Below are positions 36,101 through 48,667 of a stretch of 64,000 nt of DNA, in pieces. Both the position numbers and the translations under genes were made by a program. The stretch comes from Klebsormidium nitens (Eukaryota; Plantae; Klebsormidiophyceae): NCBI GenBank assembly GCA_000708835.1, contig DF236994.1, forward strand, positions 223,257 to 287,256, given 5' to 3'. The notes beneath the pieces were generated by a model. That model searched no databases. It was not told where the DNA came from and worked only from the letters and a program-made list of their open reading frames with translations. The stretch's first letter is position 1; each line of letters starts with the position of its first letter.

Positions 36101-37204
36101 TGTCAAAAACTTTGTTGACACATAAGTGGCACCTCAAGCCCCGCCTCCTTCTGTTCGACGAGACTTCTGTAAAGCTACTGTGTGCTGTGGTTTTGGACAG
36201 AGTTTCACATATCGACCTTCTGGATTCCTTTGTTGGTCCGTCAAATTGATGCGTACATTCAGCAGATCAAGCTGATGCGGACAGAAATTTGCATTGAGTA
36301 GCCTGATTTCTCAGTCTAGCTGAGGCCTAGCGGAGATTGCCAGGCCTCGAGACCCTTTCGCTTGTCATGCTTGTTCTGATCTGGTTTTCCAGGCTGGCGA
36401 CGCCTACTGTGATTAGAGATGTACCGCTCAATTGATAGAGCCATTCGAGTTAAACCAAATGGTTTGATCGGCAGGGACGTAATGGAGATGCATTCATAAG
36501 AATTGCCGTGCAGACAGTACGAATGCAGCCCGTCGCAAGCCTGAAGCGTTGTGCCGTCAAGTGTCCGTTTGATTCGACTTCCTGACCGAACCCAAAACAG
36601 ACAAAAGATTGTATATTGTTGATGTTTGCATTCGAAGGTCTTAATCTTCCCCCTTGACTTGCAGGCGCGCTTCAAGTGGATCCCCTTCTACAACCTGCCC
36701 GACCCCACTGATCCCCTGCCTCTGAGCGCCCTCCCTTTGTGGAAATACCCTCTCGTCCCACTCGCGCTCCCTGTCACTGTCGTATACGTCATCATACTGG
36801 ACCTCCTCGACCTGCTCGACAAGATCGGCGCCCACCTGCGCTTCGGCCCCACCGTTTACTCTCTCCACGCCTACTCCGAGTTCCGGTCGCAAGCGGACCT
36901 GACGCTCCGCTCCATCCCGCAAGCGGTGTTCCAGACGACGCTCTACCTGCTGGGCAGCTCGCGCGCCACGCGCATCTACATCGACGAGCAGATCCTGTTC
37001 CGGTCCGTTGTGCTGTCGCTGCTGAACGTTTTCATCCGGTTCAACTTCCTGGCGCACGAGCACCTCACGACGCGCGTCCCGGTGGGGACCATCCTGCAGA
37101 GGCGCTTTGCGGCGCGCAACTGCCGCGCGACCGCGCTGCGTGCCTTGGGCGACGACGATGAGAAGGTCGATGAGCATATCTTTGAGAAGATCGAGGAGCT
37201 GTAA
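33197..37204 (+). CDS. Signal peptide + >20 plant-type extracellular LRRs + multi-pass membrane module (about 6 TM, XK-related-like), no kinase domain. Exons 33197-36082 and 36665-37204, 1141 aa
   Basis: Hydrophobic signal MHLALWATLLFSVLLGWGGAAA and repeated LxxLxLxxNxLxGxIP units, followed by several hydrophobic stretches. Single GT-AG intron (GAG|gtgaga ... ttgcag|GCG), phase 0. Confidence 0.85.
33352..33645 (+). repeat. Tandem 147-nt (two-LRR, 49 aa) internal duplication in the LRR gene, with a third more diverged copy near 33790-33945
   Basis: GLRGPIPPEIGKCTALQVLSLSNNSRVNGSIPPEIGQLTNLRTLDLGST is followed by GLSGPIPSEIGNCTALQVLTLRSAYKVNGSIPGQIGQLTNLTTLDLGST, with visible nucleotide similarity. 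Confidence 0.85.
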
Positions 37205-39368
37205 TTGCATTTGTACATGCTTTCTAAAATATTGTAACAACAAGGCTCTCCGGCTGCGTATAGGGTGTTTAAGCTGAAGATCATCATTGTGATTGCACAG
37301 AACGGAAGCCTGTCAGCACCCCGCCTAGAGTTGATGCCGTGCTAGGAGAGTCATCAGAGTGGCTGCGCTAGTAGCATCCATTAACTACTTCAGACGAACC
37401 GGACTTGAAGTTGGACGGTCGTGTAGGGGTCACGAGTTTGGCTAGACTCAATCAAGCGCAGCCCTAAACATATTACTGGTGTCTAGTCTGTTCAACTATC
37501 CGTCTAATGAGTCCGTCTCCAATTTCGCATAAAGCTTCTGCGCTAAGTTTGGCAGGGCCCCTTGATTTATCCTATACCGCATTGGTTCATGGATTTTAGA
37601 GCAGATGTACGTCTTACTACCGTAGAGACTTCGACGATGTTCCTGCGTGATCCAACCGTCCAACAACCAAGTATGTTCTTCCGTTTGGGCACCAACTTGG
37701 CAACAAGGACTGATGCGATCATTGGTATTGAGTATGCATGTCGAACTTGGTAAGGTACAAATGCTTTCTCTTTCAAGGCCAGGTTGATTGGCTGCTATAA
37801 AGTGAATGCAAAATGTCGATCTTTCTTTGGAGAGTCGCTCTGGGATGTGACTCGATCATCAGCGTACGGGCTGCTGATTTGGCGGAGTTGCTGTCAACCG
37901 CGCGGCCGCGTTCACTCTCAACTTTCGCGCCTATATAGCCTACTAAGCCGTACTGGCCGTATGCGCGCCCAGCGCCTCGCGCAGGCCAGGCTGCAACTAA
38001 GAAAAGAAAGGTCACGTACTACCTGTTTGAAGAGCTCCTCGTCACTTTTGAAGTGTCGATCATAAGAGGAAGGAAAGAGAAGAGCATAGCGCAGGCGCCA
38101 CGGTTGGCTCGCTAGTATGTGCCAGCTGTTCTTACATACCACTGCAATATTACCTGGGTCTCTGGCATCTGCAACTTAAGTACATACACAGTCGAAGCTC
38201 TACCTAGCTTAGTAGGTGAATGCAGGATCTCCTTAGGTGCATGTGCCAGTCACTGCTGCTCTTTCATGTGGCCGGCTCTGCATGCCCGCCCAATCTATGC
38301 ACCCCTGATTGAAGTATACATGGCGCTTCAAGACCTGCACGTAAATGAAGCTGCAGCGTGATTGGTCCAATCGACTGCGCACCGTCATGCTGATCATCAT
38401 GTCTGCTCAGGCTACCACCCGCCTACAGCATACGTGTCGCACACTTAGAATTCTGGAAGACCATGCACTGACGGCCGAGTCACTGACTGCACCGCAATCA
38501 TTGATAAAAGGGCCACATATGAGGTGATAGCTGAGCGCTGGCTGCACGCGCTTGGATTACGGAATGCACACATCTCAATCGACGGGGAGCTCGTTATGTT
38601 TCAACCCCGAACTTCGTGCAAGAGATCACTCACGTACGAACGCAACTCCGTATGACCACGTCGCTAAACTAGCTGCTCAAGCATTGTCATGTTGAGTCAC
38701 TGCCTGAAATATTTGAGCTCGTGTGCAGTCTTTTTCGGTGTTTCGAAGAGCTGAGCTCGGGTCGCCTAGTGTCCAGCTAAGACTCTAAGTTCTATGCAAG
38801 CTACATGTCGTCTTTAGGAGGGAACCCTTGACGTTCGACTGCGATGCTACCAGAACAGCGCGCTCGGTTGTAAAAGTACTCTCTGGTGCCCCAGCACTGA
38901 GAATGTGCTCAGATGGCGGGCTCGACTTCGTCTCTAATACCTAGCTGCGGCGCCTGTCAAGCCCTAACAAACATATTCAATAGCCGCTACCCTATCCATG
39001 TCATTACTCGTCAATGGAAGGGAAAGTCGATCAGCTTAAATTCCTTAATCTGATCTCGTTTAGGAAGTCACAATCAAGTTCAGATGCGCAACAACCAGTG
39101 CGGAAAAGCTCGTGCTTCTCTCTTACAGCCCTTTGGCGTTGAGGGCACGTTTTCTGCCAGTGAAGATACCCACTTTCCAACTCTACGTATTTAGTAAATG
39201 TCCCTTTAGTAACTGGTGGTGAGCAGTCCTAACAGTGGCGTCTGCTGAGGGGTTCATAGTCCCTCCACAGGGTCACCCGCAGAACGGCCCGCCAAGCAAA
39301 CCGTTCGCTTAATTACGGTCCGCAGGCCGCTCACAGTCTTCCTTCAACAAGATCTCTCCGCGACATAT

Positions 39369-42300
39369 CTACCGTTGGCTCAGCGCTTTCTCACTGATCG
39401 ACCGTCGCCTAAACAGGTACCAAGTGAGCAAGAGCCAGCTGCCACCAGTGGCAGCCCCCGCGGCCCACACTAACGGCTTCCCCGTTTCGCTCCTTACTTC
39501 CGTTACAAGCACCGGAACCTTCTCTCCATTCTGGTCCGGTTCAAGCGTCTTCGGCACGGTCCACGTCATCATGGCCTGCTCCCCCTTCCCCGCCTTCTCC
39601 CGCTGACTCCTGATGTTACTAACGTACCAGCTATACGTCCCGACGCACTCCTGGGGTGCGGTTAGAAACGCGGCCGCGTCGAGGCACAGCGCGGTGTCGA
39701 GCGCGCCCTGCAGCGCCGAGTCGATCTTCGTGACCGTCCCGTCGAAGTCCTCCCAGGTGAACGTGTCGATCCGTTGCTCGATATAAGCGGCGGCGTCGGA
39801 TGCCTGCTGGATGCGCGCGGGGCCGTGCTGGCGGTAGGAGTGGGAGCGCATCTCGCCGGACGCAGTCGGGACGTCGGTCGCGAAGAAGACGCGCGAGAGG
39901 TTCAACTCGCGCAGCTTGGCGCGGGCGGCCGTCACCGCACCTGGGGAGGGGCGGAGAATGGCGTCTACTTCCGGAGAAACTCTGATCGCGACAGAGAAGT
40001 GACGGAAAAAAAGAGTGCGTGCAGAAATTGCATGCATTAGAATTGTGAGGAACTTTGATCGTGACAGCAGAAACTGAGGGGAAGGAAGCGCTTGCGAATG
40101 ATGGATGCTGCTGAAGGATCGACCTGCTATGGCAATGGCTGACTATGGTCGAAAAGTTGCTGGTCTGGGGAGATCTATTGCAGTCATTCATCTCGATTCA
40201 AGGACTAAGGGGATAACTTACTTGCTGCCGTTACGAAAACTTCGCTAATGGCTAAAGAGATGAATGAATGAACGGCGATAGTGAGAGATCAACATCGTTG
40301 CTACTCTCACGCACTTATCGCCAACGGTCAGGGCAAACCACTCCTCACGCCCTCACCCTGTGCACACCGAAGCAGGAGGTCCATATCGCAGTCCTCCCGT
40401 TCGATGCACTTCTCCACGCGCCATTGCAGGGCGATGTAAGGCCCGCCAAGCCACTGCTTCAGCTTTGCCGCATGCTGAGGGACCTGGACGAGTCGTACAG
40501 CTGGCAATCAGCACGAGGCTCCACGGTCGGAGGGCAACTAATTCCCCAAACAGGTGCTTGCCTCGTTTAAGCTGTCTGGCGAAGGCTGGGCAGCGGCCAC
40601 ATGGGCGATGAAAAGAGGGTATATATCATCGGCACCTCTTCTGTCGGTTCTTCGTCGAACAGGCTCTTTCCTCGCTTTTGACTTCGGGTCAACTGTCCAC
40701 TGTAGTCCCTAACGAAACACTGGGCAACTGACACAGAACGAGCAGAAGGTAGCAACGACCAACCAATAATGGCGGACCTGCGCAAAGCTCATTTCCACCG
40801 TAAGAGCTTCCCAAAGCGCCCTCAGAATCTTCGAGTGTCCGGACCTGCTGTTGAAATGCTGACACAGTGTTGCAAACCTTCAGTCTGTGTCTGGCATTAT
40901 GCCGCTCCTTCCACCCCGGAGTGTAAGGAAAGTCTCCTTGATTATGGATAGGCCACGCACTCCCACCGACAGTGCCCATTATCATGACGTCAGCCCATGC
41001 TGCGGGTCACACTCGTGGCCCTGCCGATCCCTGCTGGCCATAATCACCCAACCAAACCAGAAAAAGGTCCCCGCAATGACTCCCTCACCTTGGGCGTAAC
41101 TTCCAGGTACTCCAGCCCCTTCTCGATCAGCTCCTTGGGCGCAAACGCGTCAAATGCACGGCTCTTCACTACAAACAGCACGTCCGGATCCTTGAGCGCC
41201 CGCACCTCGTCCACCACTCTCCGAAACGCTTCCTTTTCGTCGATCCCGTCGTACTTGGGCTCGTCAACGCACACCACCCGATCGACGTCCGCTAGCTGCG
41301 ACATCCGATACCATAGCCACGGCCTCACTCGCATCCCGCAAAAGTCCTCCCGCCGCCTCAGCACCAGCGCCGCCCCCGACGGCTTCCTCCCCGCGCCTAG
41401 TTGCTTCCACTCCTCGTTCGCAAGCCCCTCGAAATAGTCCGGGTAGTTCGTCACTGGGTGCGTTTCGTTGAACGCCAGAAAGAAAGCTGTCCGTCTCATC
41501 TCCGCCACGGCACGTGTGGCATCCTCCTTCTCGATCTCCGCGCCCTGCCGTTTTCGCGTCTCGTAGACAAACTGTTCGAGCGTGACCCAGTCCACGTATT
41601 CCCCGAGCTTCTCAGAGTCGAAGTACTGACAAAAAGGGGCAGGGCGCTGCATGCCAAACTCCCCCTCGCCCGAGTCTGGAAGGACGATTGTGCGCTTGAG
41701 CTCCAGTGCAAGCGCCAGCAGCTCCGCAAAGTGGCGGGACGCTTTCGTCAACTGTTCGTTGATGTCGGCGGCGATGATGTACTTGTCTGAAAGGAACGGA
41801 GAGCCGGATAGTTGAGTTGCTTGGGGGCAGCAATGGTATTCAGCTTGATTTGCAGAATCGAGTTATTGTTTAAACAGAGATTTCACTTGCTTGAACCTGA
41901 AGTCCTTTAAAGGCCAGAGCAGAAGAGGAGCAATTATTCGTCCACCAGCTCACCAAAAAAGCCAACTCCCTCAGCTTCCGCTCTTAGACGCCAGGAAGGG
42001 GTGACAACTAAATTCATCTCGACCTAAGGTTGTCTGTGAGCCAAAAAGAATGTATTTTAACATAACTTTAAGATATAAATTGATGGTGTTTTGTGATGGT
42101 TGTTCTCTGAAAACTTCAAGCGGAACAGAGTTGTACACGCCGACGAGCTTCCTTTGGCCAAGATATCTAGTAGTTAATCAACATGCCATTGTCAACTGGG
42201 CTCTCTTATTGGTGGTGGTAGTTTCTGTTCGACCAGTTCGCGAAACATCCTTGAGGATCATATAGATTAACGTGATCATCATGGTCACATTAATCTATAT

Positions 42301-42669
42301 GATCCTCAAGGATGGACATCCCGCAAAACTGTTGAAGTAACCTTCGCGTGGAATCATGCTAGGCTGCGGGTGAACTCAAAAGCCCATTGAAGAGACCTCA
42401 CCTGACCGCATCCCTGTTCTTCTGGAAGACTCAAGCGAAGAGCTGCACTCCCAATCCTCCACTCTGGATTGCATCACAGATACTGGCAAGGGTTTCCCTC
42501 CATGGCACAGAGCACCCTTGTGGCACAGGTCTGAACTCAGGCCTTTGTTCTGTGATGAACGAAGAGCAGACGGCCGGTCCCGAAGCAACAGCATGAGAAT
42601 GCACGATGAGATGATACAGCCGCCCAGGAGAGCGGCGACGCGCACGCGCTCTGACTTGTGCCGCTGCAT
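39369..42669 (-). CDS. O-fucosyltransferase-family (GT68/POFUT-like) type II membrane protein. Exons 42669-42402, 41786-41089, 40483-40357, 39940-39369
   Basis: N-terminal signal anchor, KYIIAADINEQLTKASRHF..LALELKRTIVLP, YIALQWRVE, VFFATD and LDTALCLDAAAFL motifs typical of the O-FucT fold. There is also a C-terminal hydrophobic segment. Phases are consistent. Confidence 0.8.
42246..42314. repeat. Intronic fold-back: 25-bp perfect inverted repeat extended by an imperfect inner stem (69-nt hairpin)
   Basis: CATCCTTGAGGATCATATAGATTAA (42246-42270) and exact reverse complement TTAATCTATATGATCCTCAAGGATG (42290-42314). The inner gtgatca/tggtcac also pairs, with one G-U. Confidence 0.92.
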
Positions 42670-43476
42670 TGCGTGGGACGCTGATGAAGCACTCGCTGTT
42701 GCATTGTACGCCTCTCTAAAACTTGCTTTCCTCCGACTCTGGAAGCTAGGGCACCTATATCATCGGCAGGTGGTAAACCTGCTCATCGGTCCTGATAAAA
42801 GTCAAAGCTGCGCCAGCCTCACCCACATTTCAGCTAGATTGCAGCATCGCGATCTTCAGCAAACCGACTTTTGCTTTTGCTTTTGCTTTTCAACAAGACT
42901 CAATGACAAGAGCAAGATCAAAGACTCGGAGCAAGAGAAGAGCGACGACGCCGCCACCTGTCACATCAACCTGACCCATCGGGCATCGCCGATTCGTCGA
43001 AATAGGCATCCAATCAAAAGGCTTGATACTTGATCACGTGGATTTTAAAGTACGCACCAGCGCCGCTCTGAACCAGAAAAGCTTCTCGTTCCGGTACCGG
43101 TTGCCAATCGACAGTGCACCAAGTTCCAAACGCCCTGCATGTCGCCACAGAATATTCTGTCCAGCTCAGCTTTCAATGAGCCTGCTGCAAGGCTTTGAGG
43201 CGCAGGCTTGCGCTGGAAGGGTCACATGACCAATGTCAACGGCAAGGCACAGAGGAGAGCGCTCTCACACCGTCTTCTAGCGCATCAGCATTCAGCCAGC
43301 TACACAGGAACGTTTTGCTCCATGCTACTGATTTCAGGAGCTCCACCTTTCCGACATTGTCTGGTGTCGCGCTTAAGAGGTCGGCAGTGTTGTAGGCGGC
43401 AGCAAAATATCTTCTTTTTCGGCTGTCGCCCGATTGCCATTTTAGATTTGAAGCAGACCGTCTTTTACAACGTGGG

Positions 43477-46400
43477 ATGATGGCTGCTCAAGGAGCAGAG
43501 GAGGCTTTGAGTGCTTCTGTAAGTGGCAGACTTTTAGATTGTTGAAAGTATCAAAATCTACCAGCATTATGAGGATCGGTGCAGACAGAGATAGCAGTCT
43601 CAGTGAACCAAATGACAGTGATCCAACGGAAGCACAAGCGGCCAACTGATTGCAGAAAGAAAATGACCTAAACTTGCATCCTGGCATTGGTTGGTTCCCG
43701 TGTGACCATACTGCTGAGTGTCAGATATTTGTGCCTGTTTGCATGCTTGATTGCATGCCACGAACCTTTGCAAGCCAGCAGTGGCAGGATTTGGATGCCT
43801 GTATCTCTGTACGAGTGCTGCATGTAAGAGCTGGCTGCAAATGCTGAGGGCGGGGTTCTTGGCTCTTTTGTCTTCCTTTCGAATCGAGATGCGTTTCCTG
43901 CATATCAGGTTGCTTGCTTGGAAAATGGTATTTGAAAGGGCTTTTTTCAATTATAACCTTGTTTTCCAGGTTTGTTCCCTTGCACGAGGATGGCTTCTTA
44001 TGTTCCCCTTTGCGTCGAATTGCAAGAATGAGGTTTTCCTTGATGCATATCAACAGATGTCAAGAAGGGTGGTAACTTGTTGGTCTCTTTGGCTGATCCT
44101 GCACTGAGAACCACATTGAGAGACTTATGTTCTAAAAGAGACCCCCCCCATGTCTAATCAGGCCAGGTTTGTTCGGAGTGATCGAACCTGAGTCACCGAA
44201 ATCCAATAGACATTTACCACGACGCGCTCTCGTCATTGTCAGTGCGGCACTGCGTCTGAGACTGAGAGCGATCCCCTCTTCTTGGTAAACTGGATGGTTA
44301 AAGATCAGCGGCCATGAATGCAAGGCAAGGCCCATCCATGTAAACTCGTTCACGGCACACTAAACATTCTGTCTCTATCAAGCCATTCAACGCTTTGCAC
44401 AAGCCCATTCTGCTCTTTGCCTAAAGACAAACCACTCCCTTTCTTCACCAGGGTGCTCCTCCAGTAACAGAGAAGCTGGTGCATCACTTGACTAGCCAAA
44501 TGAGCCGGATGGGGGACTCTGGCGAGGAGCGCCTCGCAATGCTGAAGGTGGTCGGAGAAAGGGCGGGCTGGCTCATCCAGCCAACGGACGTGACGCTGGG
44601 GGATCAGATCGGGAAAGGCGCGACAGCGAAGGTTTACAAGAGCGTTTGGCACGGGCTTGACGTGGCCGTCAAAACGATCGACCCGGAGCTTTTTCTCAAG
44701 GATCCGGTGAGTTGCAGTTTCAGCATTTCCAGCTTTTGTCACCGTTGCTTTCTCATTCAGCTTTCTCTTCGCATCGATATTTGACAGGCCTCGTACAAAA
44801 AGTTTGGATACTTGCTTGTACTCTTAGACATGTCTTCATCAGTTTCTATTGAAAACATCCATTGTTTGTTGTTTGGAAACACAAACTCGACACGTCTTCA
44901 GCAGTTCCTATTTTGAGACGCACGTTGTCTGCACTTTAGGAACAGATGATAAGGAGCTGTGTTGAAAGGCATAGCAGAGAGAATCTGAAGTAATGTTATA
45001 GGGCCATTCTTATCCGCTCAAATGCATCCTTTTACCCAGGGCGGCCTCACCTCGTTTTGCCGCGAACTCGAGATCCTCGCCCGTCAGCGGCACCCGTTCA
45101 TCCTGCCTTTCTTTGCGGCCACGCTCAACTACCCCGAGCACTGTTGGGTCGTGACCGATGTCATGAAGTGGACGCTCGTCCAGTGGCTGCACGGAACACG
45201 GGAGCGCCAATGGACGCGCATCATCCCACTCCCGCCCCTGCGAGATCGCCTGCGGGTTTCGCTCGAGGTGGGTTAAGCGAGGGGCTTGGCAGAATTTGGA
45301 GACGGGTTTGAGAGGGGAAGAATGTCAACTTTGAGTAGGTTGCGTATCACATTCCTCTTTGGGTGCATTTCGAGGCAGGTCCGATGGAAGTTCGAGGCTA
45401 AGGCTCCGCTAGAATTCTGCCAGTTTAAACCAAGGGTCCGATTCAAGGCACTTTAAAACTTGAGACTGGTGCGCTCTCGAATGCCTGCGATTAGACGGGC
45501 AATGTTTTGAGATGGTTATAAAATGGATAGAGGAAATGAGGCGGCAGTCTGTTTGATAGCTTTAAGCACAGAAACGGAGGTAAGCCTCAGTCTTGCAGCA
45601 AGAGTAAATCAGGCCGGCAAGAGCACACCTGGGCCTGGTTTCCTTCCGTCTAAAAAAGCTACCATTGCGGTCTAAAGGATCGACACGTGTCTGCATTCAA
45701 GACGATGTGATCAGCTGTGTGGCGAGCTGCGAGGGCGTTCCGGAAGTTGGCTCACGGCATGCCCTTCTGATCGAATCTTTTCGATACCGTAATGAGAATC
45801 TTCGAAACAGACACTGGAGACTCCTTGGGATCCCCGGTACTTTCAGATGACACCAAGCAATCTCGAGCACTGCGAGTTGCTTATCTCTCTCATTTCTTTG
45901 GTGTGTTTGCAGATCGCGTTGGGCATGCAGCACTTACACGAACAGGTCCCTATGATCATCCACAGGTGAGGCCTCCTTGCCATCCATTCCTTTACAACTA
46001 AACAGACGTGTCCTGAGATGCTTGGAATCGCTAATAATCGAACTTGAAAGTCTTTGCCAACTCAACAAGAGTGTCTGGTAAAGTTAATTGAGTTGTTCAA
46101 ACTGGCTTGTATTTGGACTGCAAAGACACCGAATGTAGAGCCTTCCATCTCGCAAAATCCTTGTCAGGAAGATGCGCTCCCTGCATTCGTGAAAGGACGA
46201 CCAGCAAGCGACGTCTGTACTTGTGCACTTCATATACAACGCCTTCTAGATCGGGGATTGCCTTACCCTGGTTCTTCTGTTCTTTCAATGAAGGCTCAGC
46301 AAAGATCCGACGCTTCGAGACTTTCCAAAGTACTCTTCTCTCCCTCGTCTGCAGGGACCTGAAGCCGTCGAACGTGTTTCTGGACTCTCGGGGCCGTGCT

Positions 46401-48667
46401 TTCGTGTCGGACTTCGGCTTCGCCCGCCAGCTGCAGCCCCAGGATGCAGACCAGACGGGCGAGACAGGTGGGCTGCCCACCGCTTGCCACGTGTACACCG
46501 TTAGTTTGCCCAGAGCCTGGCCAGTCAGAACCGAGAGGCACGTTGAAGCGAGCAGCAATGAGTCCACCTTTTCTTTTGCTTGTTACGAGGCTGGAAATTG
46601 TACGGAGAGGGTACAGAGCTTTCTTTCTACAGGCATGCCTCACACGTCGTGAGTTGTTGAACCGACCAAGCTGGATTGGGACGATAGCTCTTCGAGAAAC
46701 ATGACCTTTGAATGGTTTCACGTGGCCGTCCCAACGTATTAGCGACCGGGCGTCAACGTCATTTGCTCAGAACGCAGAACGCTGCTGGCTTTGGCCTCGG
46801 TTATGCCCGGGTTTGGAAGGTTGTAGTTTTGAACGGACAAACCAAGACTTAAATCTGAACTCAGTACATACAGTAAACTGAGTCTTCAGCTGCTCGAGCG
46901 GGTCTTTCTGTGAAAGTGCCATTATGACACAAGCTGCACGAAGTACCTGCTGCACACGCGCTTGTGCGGCCACAGATTGGATCAGACAGTCCGACATCAG
47001 AATCCGAGTTTGCCGCGTCCAGAATCGTACTCATTCGTTAAACGGCCGCACCAGTGCTACAACTCTTCTTTGTAGCTAACACGTGGATTATCGGTCCAAG
47101 TTTGCTACTGAGTTTCTGCCAGCCTGCGGTTAAAACGCCCTTAAAACAGGCAGACTCGATATTAACTTCGAGAAGGTTTGCGCGCGAGCGGCAAAAAGAC
47201 AATTCCGCGGGTGCAATCCGACGTCTGCAACGGTTTGCCTTTCCTGCAGGCACGTACATGTACATGGCTCCTGAAGTGATCCGCTACGAACATTACAACG
47301 AAAAGTGCGACGTTTATAGGTGGGCTTTTTTCTCAAAGAAATGTCGGGGACGGTTGACGTCGACGGCCGGACGGGACTCATACGCTGACTCCTGAGAAGG
47401 AGAAGCCCCGCGTTCAGCTGATCAACCACCTTTCGAGCAGCGCCATCAAATTCCACACTTTTTGCATTCTCGTCCGCATGCCCAGAATGCGTTCTTCAGT
47501 TACATGATACGTTGATCGGGCCTTTTCGCGTCGTTCATCACACCCGCTTTTGGATTTCTTAATCCAGTCACCCAAGAGCGCATCATAGAGGAATTTGACG
47601 TGGCCTTCAAGACTTTGGAAACTATTTTGAGAGCAAGGACGAAATCGGCAAGGAGGAGTTGAGAAGAGTTGAGAAGAAACTGCGACTCGGTCAGGCTGAG
47701 AGGCTGCTCTTGCTTGCCCAAGAGTCGTTCTCTGTAGCGCGTAGAGGATACAGACGAGGGACGTTGAATAGGAACGAGGATCCACAGACACCCTCGTAAC
47801 CACGTGGCGATGTAAGCAAACTCTCTGTATCGCAAGTGCACTCGATTGTGTCGAATGTGTACGTAACGACGTCAAACGACTTTTATCGACCAAACCCCGT
47901 GAGAAACGCGTAAAGGACATTGTTTGGGCACTTTCCGCTAATGCTGGCACGGTCTTTTCACGCAGCTTCGGGATCCTGCTCAACGAGCTGATGACTGGGC
48001 ATCCCCCGTATCTCGAGGCCTACCTGTCACCTGTCCAGGTAAGGAGGCGGCCAGGCTGTCGGTCTTTTCTAGCTAGATTTTTCGCAATCCAGTTTTGCCA
48101 TCTTATTAACTTAGTTTAGTCATATTTACGGTTCTGCGATGACACCAAGTAGAGCCGTTGATGAACGCTACTCTAGTCTACGATATTGTAAGCGAGAACA
48201 AGCATTACTCTCATGCACAGCAGCTTTTGCGGTCTCTCAAGGCTTGCGGGTCGATACGGTCACGTTATGGCAATCTGGCTCTGACCACCTTTTAAGTAGT
48301 CTCTGCCCCAATCAATGAGTTGCATAGCGGCCCGCTGTCCGCATCTTGGTCTCGACACGTCGCTGCCTGCGATCAAAGCGGCGACCTTCACCTGCTTCCT
48401 TCTCTCTTGAAGGTCGCCCGAGGCGTTGCGGACGGGAGGCTGCGCCCGATGCTCGCCAAAGAGCCCGGCCCGCTCATGTCTGAGCTCATCGAAGCGTGCT
48501 GGGCCAAGGAACCCTCTGTGCGGCCCGCGTTTGGCCAGGTTACCACCCGCTTGCGTCAAATCATTGCTGACGTGGACAATGCTGGTAAGCACCACTCTGA
48601 CAAAGGGGCTGACGGCCACCATGAACACCACGGCGTGCTCGGAAAGTTGTTTCATAAGTCGAGCTAG
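43477..48667 (+). CDS. Raf-like (group C-type) Ser/Thr/Tyr protein kinase. Exons 43477-43518 and 43656-43689 (both tentative), 44471-44706, 45040-45267, 45913-45965, 46355-46467, 47250-47319, 47966-48038, 48413-48667
   Basis: Kinase motifs IGKGATAKVY, VAVK, IIHRDLKPSNVF, DFGFAR, GETGTYMYMAPEVI, KCDVYSFGILLNEL and LIEACWAKEPSVRPAF. Phases are consistent. The first two mini-exons are inferred only from phase and splice signals. Confidence 0.9.

Noticed and set aside
37300-39300. Possible gene or transposon between the LRR and O-FucT 3' ends
   Set aside because: Only short ORFs; I could not identify any TIR, LTR or protein motif.
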